This document shows, piece after piece, positions 8,679 to 17,143 of a DNA stretch of 57,738 bases (position 1 is its first letter; each line of letters starts with the position of its first letter). Origin of the DNA: a virus. Taxonomy: Duplodnaviria > Caudoviricetes. The notes under the pieces are model-generated. The model saw only the letters and a program-made list of their open reading frames with translations. It was not told the origin of the DNA and ran no database searches. Made by a program: the position numbers and the translations under genes. The DNA lies in IMG/VR virus record IMGVR_UViG_3300008116_008172, positions 1 to 57,738 of that record, one strand, 5' to 3'.

Positions 8679-9659
8679 ATGAAGAAATTAGCCACATCAC
8701 TACTAACGGTTTTATTGGTTTCAGGATGCGCGTTGCCAAGTCTGCCAAAGATGCCAAGCATGCCAAGCATGCCAAGCTTTGGTAAAAAAGCAGAAGCAAC
8801 TGTCGCTCCTTCTCAGCCAAAAGAACCAGAAGTAAATGTGGCTGCTATGGTGGCTGCACAAGCTGCAAAAGAAGCAATGGAAAAAACTGCTTTGGTTGAA
8901 CAAAAAGCCGCTGAAGACAAAAAGAAAATGGAAGAAGAATATGCCAAGCTAAAAGCTGAAACTATCAAGGCATATGATGATCTGAAGAAAAAAGACCAAG
9001 AAAACTTCGATAAGATTGCTGAGTTGAACTATGGTGTATATCATGTTACACAAGAAAAGAAGAAAATAGATATCAACACAACTATTGCCCATTTGCGTTC
9101 AAAAGAAATAATGATGCGTACAGACAAATTGTCTGACGAGAAAAAAGCAGCAATTCAAAAAGAAATTCTTGAAGAAAAAGCAAAGACAGTAGATCAATTG
9201 TATATTCAATATAAGGCAACAATAGATCTTGCTGTAAATCAAAAAGCAGCACTTGATGAAGCAGATCAATTGATTCAACAAAAAGAAAAAGAAAAAACTG
9301 CTTTGAAGGAAGCAAATAGAATTGCGCTTGAAAAAGCAGAAGCAGAGAAAAAAGCAGAAGTTGAAAGAGTTAGAAAAGAAGCAGCAGATCAAGTTCGTTT
9401 GCTAAAAGAAGCACAACAAGCACAATTGATGCAAATGATGATTTATGGCCTTGGTGGATTAGGATTGATATTCTTGATACTTGGTGTTTTGATAAGAAGC
9501 ATATCGTTTATCATATCAGCAGTAATGTTCCTTGGTCTAGCATACTTCGCAGCAAGCGTTCCTATGTGGGTCATAGGTGCTGTAGCAGGAGTTTCAATAC
9601 TAGGGATGGGATTGGCTCAACTTCTATTTAAATCAAAGAAAAAAGAAGCGGCCAAATAA
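8679..9659 (+). CDS. Lipoprotein with long coiled coil and C-terminal transmembrane helices
   Basis: Lipobox LVSG-C; about 190 aa of Ala/Glu/Lys-rich helix; 2-3 hydrophobic C-terminal segments. Confidence 0.75.
   Translation: MKKLATSLLTVLLVSGCALPSLPKMPSMPSMPSFGKKAEATVAPSQPKEPEVNVAAMVAAQAAKEAMEKTALVEQKAAEDKKKMEEEYAKLKAETIKAYDDLKKKDQENFDKIAELNYGVYHVTQEKKKIDINTTIAHLRSKEIMMRTDKLSDEKKAAIQKEILEEKAKTVDQLYIQYKATIDLAVNQKAALDEADQLIQQKEKEKTALKEANRIALEKAEAEKKAEVERVRKEAADQVRLLKEAQQAQLMQMMIYGLGGLGLIFLILGVLIRSISFIISAVMFLGLAYFAASVPMWVIGAVAGVSILGMGLAQLLFKSKKKEAAK
8751..8777 (+). repeat. 9-bp tandem repeat ATGCCAAGC x3 (MPS MPS MPS)
   Basis: Directly visible in the sequence. Confidence 0.85.
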
Positions 9660-9726
9660 ATTGTTTTTATATATACGGAAAACTTTGTGTAATCCATATA
9701 TATGATAAACAACTGTTATAAATATT

Positions 9727-10578
9727 ATGTCAGACACAACTATTCCTATTGCCAAATCTCTTATACCCAATGCAGCAGTAAAGGCTGCATATGAGCAAAA
9801 TCAAGCAGAAGCATCAAAGCCAACTCTACCTACTCTAACAGTAGAGTTGCCATCCAAGGGACTATTCTATCCAACCAATCATCCATTGTCTAATGGTAAG
9901 ATTGAAATATATCAAGTTACTGCACGACATGAAGATATTCTTAGCAATACAAATTTGCTAAGAAAAGGAACAGTATTGGATGAATTTCTGAAGGCACTTA
10001 TTGCTACACCAAATGTAGGCATCAATGATCTTTTGATTGGAGACAAAAATGCATTGTTCATTGCTGCACGCCGTAGTGCATATGGTGATTCATACACAAC
10101 AAAAATCAAGTGCCCAGAATGTGGCGCTGAATCAAATGTAGATATTGATCTTGGTAAGATCGGACCAAAGCAGTTGGCAAATAATATTTCACCAGACAAA
10201 CTTGCATTCGAATTGCCAAATTCAAAGAAGACTGTTGTGTTCTCATTGCTCACACACAAGGATGAAGCAGACATTGATGCTGAAATCAAAGCGTTGGCAA
10301 AGTTTGGTGCCAAGAATACAACCACACCAGAAATCACCACACGATTGAAATATACCATCAAGGCAATTGATGGCAACGCTGACCGTGGTCGTATCAAGAA
10401 CTTTGTTGATAATGAACTCACCGCCAAGGACAGTCTTGCACTACGCAGACATGTTCGTGAAATTACACCAGATATGGACATGAACTTTGATTTCACATGT
10501 CCAGAATGCGGTCATCAAGCAAGAATCACAGTTCCATTGGGTGCTAATTTCTTTTGGCCTAATGTATCAGACAATTGA
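9727..10578 (+). CDS. Baseplate hub assembly protein (T4 gp26-like)
   Basis: VELPSKGLFYP, TARHEDIL, LLIGDKNALFIAARRSAYG, two CPECG motifs, ANFFWP. Confidence 0.8.
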   Translation: MSDTTIPIAKSLIPNAAVKAAYEQNQAEASKPTLPTLTVELPSKGLFYPTNHPLSNGKIEIYQVTARHEDILSNTNLLRKGTVLDEFLKALIATPNVGINDLLIGDKNALFIAARRSAYGDSYTTKIKCPECGAESNVDIDLGKIGPKQLANNISPDKLAFELPNSKKTVVFSLLTHKDEADIDAEIKALAKFGAKNTTTPEITTRLKYTIKAIDGNADRGRIKNFVDNELTAKDSLALRRHVREITPDMDMNFDFTCPECGHQARITVPLGANFFWPNVSDN

Positions 10579-10586
10579 TATGAAAT

Positions 10587-11345
10587 GTGAATCTGCGTGC
10601 TGAGATAATAGATCTTGCATCAGAGGGATATTTTTATCCAAGCAGTTCAATATTGTCTTATGGAAAAGTTTCCATATTGCCCATAACGGGCGAGGTGGAA
10701 GAATTGCTTGCCAATGCTAATTTGGCCAAGCGAGGTTTGCTTGAAGACATATTTTTGAATGTGATTGTTGATGGCGGTGTCAACAAGGATGAATTGCTGC
10801 AATGTGACAAAGAGGCTATATTGCTTAATCTTAGAATTGCAAATTATGGCTCGCAGACAAAAATGAAAGCAGTGTGTAGTGATTGTGATAATGAATATGA
10901 GCAAAACATATCATTCGCTTTCAGATCAAAGCCATTTAACTTTTTGAAATGCGAGAAAGGAAATAACAAACTTGTATATACATTTCCAAAGTGCAAAAAG
11001 AATGTATACTTCAGATTGCCCACATGTTCAGAATATCAGATATACAAGAAAGAAGGTTGGCTATCTTTGGCAAAAAAGATAACAATAGAAATAGATGATG
11101 TAAGTGACATATCAAATTTCTATGAATATGAACTGAGTGCAACTGATAGCAAGTTGTTCAGAAAATATTTTGAAGAGAACACACCGGGGTATATAAGCAA
11201 AATAGCACTAACATGCCCACAATGTAATACATCATCAACTATGAACATGGACATAGATGTTGATATATTTGGCATAAAACCAGAAAGCAAGATGAACATT
11301 CATGCCGAAATATTTGATTATAATATAATAAACATTTGTATATAA
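10587..11345 (+). CDS. Second gp26-like baseplate hub protein (paralog), C-terminus possibly truncated
   Basis: IDLASEGYFYP, LLQCDKEAILLNLRIANYG, CSDC, CPQC mirror the upstream gene. Confidence 0.7.
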   Translation: MNLRAEIIDLASEGYFYPSSSILSYGKVSILPITGEVEELLANANLAKRGLLEDIFLNVIVDGGVNKDELLQCDKEAILLNLRIANYGSQTKMKAVCSDCDNEYEQNISFAFRSKPFNFLKCEKGNNKLVYTFPKCKKNVYFRLPTCSEYQIYKKEGWLSLAKKITIEIDDVSDISNFYEYELSATDSKLFRKYFEENTPGYISKIALTCPQCNTSSTMNMDIDVDIFGIKPESKMNIHAEIFDYNIINICI

Positions 11346-13196
11346 ATGGCAGACGACGACATAAAGTCCAAACTGGAAGATTACGAAAAGTATCAACGTT
11401 CTATATCCAACCTATCTGGTGAATGGGCGGATGATTTAGATAGAATTGTCGATCTGAGCAATAAACTTGGAAGCAGAGTAAGAAGTACTTTCAGCGATCT
11501 TCAAAAATCAAAAGCGGAATATGCTCAATCGTTGGACAAAGTAAAGCAGTTGGAAGTTGCGTTGAAATCAAATGGAAGAGAAGTTGCGGCATTAATAGCC
11601 GCTCAAACCGAGAACAATAGAATTTTGGAAGAAAGACAAGTGCTTTTGAATGAAGAGGCTATGTCAAGAGAACAAATTGCTAAGATCGAAAGAGAGCAAA
11701 TGCGTAACTCAGGGGCTCAATTAGCAAACACGCAAGCTTTGATAGATGTAAGAAAACAGCAAATAGGAGTTCAAGATAAGTTTAAAAAATTGGAAGAAAT
11801 GATGGTTGAGGAACAACTTAATGGTATCACCAATCAAGAAAAATATAACGGACTGTTACAGCGCCATGCATATCTTTCAAAAAGAATAACTGAGCTTCAC
11901 CAAAAAGAAGTTAGCTATATAGGCGACGCCGCTAGGTTGGCTGATCGTGGTTTAGAATTAAGTAAGCAACAAGTGATGGTAAAAAGCAGACTTGGTGCAA
12001 TAGAAAAAAAACTTTCGGATGATGCATCAAAGTATGCAAAAGCTGACGAACGAAAAGTAGAAATTGAAAATCAGATAAATACATTGCTTCAAAAAGGAAA
12101 AGCAATGCGTCAAGAAAAGAATGAGCTTGATGAAAAGAATGCAAAACTTCTTGAAAAGATAAATGATCTCACAGCAAAATGGACATTGCTAAATTTGTTG
12201 AAGATGGGATATGACCGTTTTGTTCAACTGGATAAAGCCGCAGAAAATTTTAGAAGAACAACTGGATTCACAAATACGCAGATGGTAGAATTGCGTAAGA
12301 ATGTTGAATCAGTTAACAAAGACTTTGCTGCGCTTGGAGTCACTATCGAAAATGCATACAAAGCAGCACAAGCACTTACTGATGTATTTGGCAGAACATC
12401 TCTTGTTACAAAAGATGCCATAGAAAATATTGCATTGATGAGTGCAAATCTTGGTGTTGTTGAAGCCGATGCCGCCGAGGCATTGTCGATCTTCCAAGGA
12501 ATGGGTGGCGCAACGCAGGAAGTTGCAATGAATACCATGATGGCTGGAGCCGCATTGTCTGAAAAGACAGGTGTACCATTCAGTAAAGTGATGGGAGATA
12601 TTGCAAAATCGTCCGGTACTACTGCAATGCTTCTTGGAACTACGCCAAGTAAACTAATGAAGGCGGCGATTGCCGCCAGAGCACTTGGTACAGACCTTAA
12701 TACAATCGCAGCACAACAGGAAAAACTGTTGAATTATTCTGATAGCATCAACAGTGAACTTGAAGCAAGTGCATTACTGGGCAGAAGTATTTCATTCCAA
12801 AGAGCAAGACAACTTGCATATGAAGGTAAAGTTGAAGAATCAGCAAAAGCCACACTTGATATGGTCAAGCAAGCTGGTGACTTCAATGAAATGAACATAT
12901 ATCAACGCAAGGCACTTGCTGCTGCGTCTGGTATGGAATTGAAGGATTTGACCAAGATGATGGCGGTCGAAGTGCAAAAGAATGAGATTAGAATGAAAGG
13001 AACGGATGAACAAAAGGAACAGCTTAAGATGCAAGAAGCTGAACTTGAAAAGCTTCGCAAAACAAATGATCTCACAAAGGACAGCGTGTTGGAAGAAAAC
13101 AAGAAAGCAATTGCACAGGCAAAGAGTTGGTCAAAATACTTATACCAGCGTTCAAACTTCTTTCACTTGTTGTCAAAGGCATTGCACCAATCATAA
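11346..13196 (+). CDS. Tape measure protein, N-terminal part
   Basis: Long helical/coiled-coil Ala-rich protein after baseplate hub genes; SINSELEASALLGRSISFQRARQLA. Confidence 0.75.
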   Translation: MADDDIKSKLEDYEKYQRSISNLSGEWADDLDRIVDLSNKLGSRVRSTFSDLQKSKAEYAQSLDKVKQLEVALKSNGREVAALIAAQTENNRILEERQVLLNEEAMSREQIAKIEREQMRNSGAQLANTQALIDVRKQQIGVQDKFKKLEEMMVEEQLNGITNQEKYNGLLQRHAYLSKRITELHQKEVSYIGDAARLADRGLELSKQQVMVKSRLGAIEKKLSDDASKYAKADERKVEIENQINTLLQKGKAMRQEKNELDEKNAKLLEKINDLTAKWTLLNLLKMGYDRFVQLDKAAENFRRTTGFTNTQMVELRKNVESVNKDFAALGVTIENAYKAAQALTDVFGRTSLVTKDAIENIALMSANLGVVEADAAEALSIFQGMGGATQEVAMNTMMAGAALSEKTGVPFSKVMGDIAKSSGTTAMLLGTTPSKLMKAAIAARALGTDLNTIAAQQEKLLNYSDSINSELEASALLGRSISFQRARQLAYEGKVEESAKATLDMVKQAGDFNEMNIYQRKALAAASGMELKDLTKMMAVEVQKNEIRMKGTDEQKEQLKMQEAELEKLRKTNDLTKDSVLEENKKAIAQAKSWSKYLYQRSNFFHLLSKALHQS

Positions 13197-14617
13197 AAGG
13201 AATGGTATATCCGTTCCAATATATAGCAGAGAAAATTTCAGAATGGACAGATGGTCTTGACGTTGCATTGAATACATCCAAAAAATTCAAAGAGTTTTTT
13301 GAAAACGATGTAGTAAAAGCTATATTAGGTATTGCTGGAGCCGGAATTTTATACAAGGTATTTTTTGGATCGGGCGGACCATTAAAATTGATGAGCATGT
13401 TGTCTACTCCATTCAAATATGCGAAAGACGCTATAAGTGGAATGATGGGCAAAGGTGCAGTAGATCCATCCAAAGGATTATCTGATATATCAAAGGGAGC
13501 GGAGAAAGTTCCATCAAAGTCTGGTGTTAAAGATTTTCTATCTGATCTTGCATCTGGCTTGAAAAAGATGGGAGATGGTAAAGTACTATTTGGTGCATTG
13601 AACTTGATACCTTCGTCAATTGGATTGATTGCAATGATACCAGCAGCAATTGGTATGGCGGCAATTGGTGTAACTGGAGGACTGTTTGCAGTTGGAGCCA
13701 AAGGATTGGCACAAGGTCTTTCTGCACTAGCAAATCCTAAAGTTCTACTTGGTACGCTTGCATTACTTGGAATTGGTGGAGCATTTGCACTGTTTGGTTT
13801 GGGTGCAAAACTTGTTGCCGATGCATTTGTATCAATCGCAGCAGTAATACCAGAAGCTATTGTTCCACTTACTCAACTTGCATTATTGTCTCCACTTCTT
13901 TATGTCGCGGCAGGTGGAATTGGAGCACTTGCTGTTGGATTGGGAGTTTTAGCAGCGGCAACAATTCCTGCAACAGTTGCTTCGGTGGGAATATACGTTA
14001 TTGCAAAGTCCGTAGAAAAACTTGGAAACAGTTTTGAACAAGTATCCAAGAACACAATTTCGTTGGCAAAATCAATTCCTACTGTAATCAATCCTATAAA
14101 GCAATTTGCTTCAATAAACATGAAGGAAACTGCGGAAGGAATGATGATGTTGAGTAATTCACTTGCTTCGTTTGGTGTTGGGTCTGCGGTTGCCGGTATA
14201 GGTTCATTTGTTGGAAATTTCTTGGGAGGCGATCCTATAGCAAAAATGGAAAAACTAGCATCCATCAGCGACAGACTTAAAGATGCAGCATCAGCAATAA
14301 GTTCAATTGCGTCAGCGACTAGTAGATTTAGTGCAGTAGATAGTTTTGCAAAATCGGTAGGAGTGTTGGCCGACTCATTAAATAAACTCACAGATTCACT
14401 TGGCGACATAAAAACAGAAGAACTTGCCAAACTTTCTACAATAGCAGGCGCAACGGGTGCAAGAACAGAAGCAGCACCAGCCGCAACAACAATGTCCACA
14501 GAAGGTATAGAAGCAAAATTGGATAAATTAACTGAATTATTGGTAGGTGGTGCAGTCAAAGTATACATTGATGGAAAGAATGTAAGTGCTGTAGTCGCCA
14601 ACACTGCGGGCAGATAA
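13127..14617 (+). CDS. Tape measure protein, C-terminal part (frame shifted -1 relative to the N-terminal part)
   Basis: Gly/Ala-rich hydrophobic helices; typical TMP end VKVYIDGKNV; only a weak TTG start inside the upstream ORF. Confidence 0.75.
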   Translation: MVKILIPAFKLLSLVVKGIAPIIKGMVYPFQYIAEKISEWTDGLDVALNTSKKFKEFFENDVVKAILGIAGAGILYKVFFGSGGPLKLMSMLSTPFKYAKDAISGMMGKGAVDPSKGLSDISKGAEKVPSKSGVKDFLSDLASGLKKMGDGKVLFGALNLIPSSIGLIAMIPAAIGMAAIGVTGGLFAVGAKGLAQGLSALANPKVLLGTLALLGIGGAFALFGLGAKLVADAFVSIAAVIPEAIVPLTQLALLSPLLYVAAGGIGALAVGLGVLAAATIPATVASVGIYVIAKSVEKLGNSFEQVSKNTISLAKSIPTVINPIKQFASINMKETAEGMMMLSNSLASFGVGSAVAGIGSFVGNFLGGDPIAKMEKLASISDRLKDAASAISSIASATSRFSAVDSFAKSVGVLADSLNKLTDSLGDIKTEELAKLSTIAGATGARTEAAPAATTMSTEGIEAKLDKLTELLVGGAVKVYIDGKNVSAVVANTAGR

Positions 14618-14629
14618 TACTTATATGAT

Positions 14630-16828
14630 ATGATACAAGATGCTCCAATACCAAAGCCATTAAGTCCGATCCAAAGAATTACAGCGGACGAGCGTCTTGC
14701 AACGTTTCAAGCACAATCCAACAGTATATACAACAAGTATACTCCGTTTACAACATATAGCATAGGTCCATCACAGCCATTCATATACACAAAGATCAGC
14801 GACTCTACAATATTAAAGAACTTTACAAAGTATGACACATATGCTGCGCCGATTGGTTCAACGGCGAGAGATGTTAAGCGTATTGGACAATATTCAATAT
14901 CAGGAAATGGAATACTATATCTTGGCAAACAGTTATATCTTCAGAAAGAAAATGCATTCAATGAAACCAGAATATACAATCCACTTAGTTTGCTAAAAGC
15001 AACAGCAAGACCTGCGTCACTTGGATTGATTGATTATCCACAAAGACATTTGGAAACAAGTGGTGGACTATTGAATTTCTTCAAGGACGCATTGCTAAGT
15101 ACAATTGGTTTTGAGAATAAGGATTCGAAAACACCAACAATAGAAGGAACCGCCACTGGAAGAAATGGTCAAACTCCATATGCTTCTTATGTTGGTGCAC
15201 ATGGCGGAGCAAGAGCGGGTTTGATGCGACTTGGAACAGCATCAGCAGCAAGTTCAATTTTTGAATCAACATGGGTTACAAATCCAAGTCAAGGTAGTAC
15301 AAATGGAGGATTTTTAGCAAACCTTGGAAGATCATTAGTTAACAAGCTTAAATCTCTTATACCAAGCACAAATCCACTAGGAGCATTTGGCGGAACAAGT
15401 TCAGAAGCATGGGAATTCAGACCAGAATACAAGAAGGGTAAAGATGGAATATATTACGCATTCTTGGCAGACAATTCTGGATTTATGACAGTGAATGCAC
15501 CAGCATCTCAGCTGTTCTATAACGATAGAACATTTGCTTCTGCAAATGCCGCGCAAAGATCAACAGTAAAAATAGCCAGTGATTTTCACAAATATTATCC
15601 ACAAAAACAAGCAGACGCAAGCAGCAGAGTTTGGTATGCGAACCCATCAAAAATTTCAGAAGACTCGGTTGGTATAACAGATGTTGATGGAAATAAGAAC
15701 AACTTAAAAAGTCTTCATGAAAGAATGGTTAAGTCAATCAGTGCGTTCCAAAACCCAACAGCAAATCAGTTCAGAAGATCCGCAGAAAGATACAGCGAAG
15801 TAAAAGACTCAAAAGGAAACAAGTATCCAACATACAATGATATTCCAACTTATGGTGAAGAAAATAAGTATGAATTGAGAATTGAAAATATCAAAGGAGC
15901 AATACCAATACGTAAGAGAGGATTTTCTGAGGCAACTTCATTCGCCAATATTAGCAACGGAAAAACAACAGGCGAAGATTCATATAATACGTTGGAAGCA
16001 ATAAGTGGAAAAAGAGACACCATACCAAAAGAACTACTTGATGCAGATCCAAATCAGTCGAAAGATTTGATATTTTTCTATTTCTATGATCTTATTAATG
16101 AAATGTATATTCCATTCAGAGCAACAATTAAAGGATTAAGCGACCAACATAATGCTGAATGGGAAGAAATTTCATATATTGGCAGAGCAGACAAGCTTTT
16201 CATGTACAAAGGATTTTCCAGAGATGTTAATTTTTCATTCACTGTATATGCAAACAGCGCCAAGGAAATGCTGCCAATGTGGGAAAGAATCAATTACTTG
16301 GTTGGATTAACAAGACCAAGCAAATACACTGCACTACCAAACAAGCCAATGACTGCAAAACAAAAACAAGAATTATTGGGTAATGCAACTGAAGCATTGA
16401 ATTTGGCCAACGAGGTAGGTGACGTTGGTGGACAGGAAGCAGCAAACACCAGAATAGAAGAGTTGAACAAAATAAACTCGAATGAGACAACTGGTAGAGA
16501 AGGAAAGTTCATATATCCTCCAATGACCACATTCAGACTTGGAGACATGTACGTTGATCAACCTTGCATATTAAGCAGTGTTGGTGTTAATATTTCAGAC
16601 GATGCAAATTGGGAATCTCTTCGCGCCGATGATTATTCATACATATACAAGCAATATAGCGATGACATAATTTCAAAGGGAACAAAGTCTCGCCAACTGC
16701 CATTGCAAGTTGATGTATCCGTCACATTAAAGATTCTTGAAAAGGCACTTTCACTAGGAAAGAATGCACACTTCGGAAAAACAGAATATGATTTCTCTGG
16801 AAATGAAACCAAGAGGTGGGTACTATGA
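14630..16828 (+). CDS. Baseplate/tail-tube initiator-like structural protein (gp48/gp54-like C-terminal domain)
   Basis: IPFRATIKGLSDQHNAEWEEISYIGRADKLFMYKGFSRDVNFSFTV and PPMTTFRLGDMY; position after TMP. Confidence 0.65.
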   Translation: MIQDAPIPKPLSPIQRITADERLATFQAQSNSIYNKYTPFTTYSIGPSQPFIYTKISDSTILKNFTKYDTYAAPIGSTARDVKRIGQYSISGNGILYLGKQLYLQKENAFNETRIYNPLSLLKATARPASLGLIDYPQRHLETSGGLLNFFKDALLSTIGFENKDSKTPTIEGTATGRNGQTPYASYVGAHGGARAGLMRLGTASAASSIFESTWVTNPSQGSTNGGFLANLGRSLVNKLKSLIPSTNPLGAFGGTSSEAWEFRPEYKKGKDGIYYAFLADNSGFMTVNAPASQLFYNDRTFASANAAQRSTVKIASDFHKYYPQKQADASSRVWYANPSKISEDSVGITDVDGNKNNLKSLHERMVKSISAFQNPTANQFRRSAERYSEVKDSKGNKYPTYNDIPTYGEENKYELRIENIKGAIPIRKRGFSEATSFANISNGKTTGEDSYNTLEAISGKRDTIPKELLDADPNQSKDLIFFYFYDLINEMYIPFRATIKGLSDQHNAEWEEISYIGRADKLFMYKGFSRDVNFSFTVYANSAKEMLPMWERINYLVGLTRPSKYTALPNKPMTAKQKQELLGNATEALNLANEVGDVGGQEAANTRIEELNKINSNETTGREGKFIYPPMTTFRLGDMYVDQPCILSSVGVNISDDANWESLRADDYSYIYKQYSDDIISKGTKSRQLPLQVDVSVTLKILEKALSLGKNAHFGKTEYDFSGNETKRWVL

Positions 16829-17127
16829 ACAGATATACTCCAACCAGCAACAATGTTTTCAATAGATATGATGGTAAAAGAGTGTTTAGAACTACTCGAT
16901 ATCCAAAAATACCATTCTACTACGACGACATATACATAATAGCAACAGAAACAGACTATTTAGATAGCATGGCACAGAAGTACTACAAAGATCCATCACT
17001 TTGGTGGATACTTGCTCAAGCCAATGGAATCAAAGGAACACTTAAAGCTCCAACAGGAAAACAAATGAGAGTACCACAGCGAGTGGATTTGATAGTCACA
17101 AATTTTACAAAAGCAAACGCAGTTTAA
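16825..17127 (+). CDS. Baseplate wedge LysM-like protein (gp53/tail X-like)
   Basis: DYLDSMAQKYYKDPSLWWILAQAN..GKQMRVP. Confidence 0.8.
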   Translation: MNRYTPTSNNVFNRYDGKRVFRTTRYPKIPFYYDDIYIIATETDYLDSMAQKYYKDPSLWWILAQANGIKGTLKAPTGKQMRVPQRVDLIVTNFTKANAV

Positions 17128-17143
17128 AATCGTTACATAATTT

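Noticed and set aside
13110-13130. Canonical programmed -1 frameshift as in tail assembly chaperones
   Set aside because: No X XXY YYZ heptamer, and the break lies mid-TMP rather than in a chaperone gene; kept only as an unexplained lesion
13072-14604. Two long minus-strand ORFs (209 and 234 aa)
   Set aside because: Shadows of the Ala/Gly-rich tape measure gene with no independent motifs
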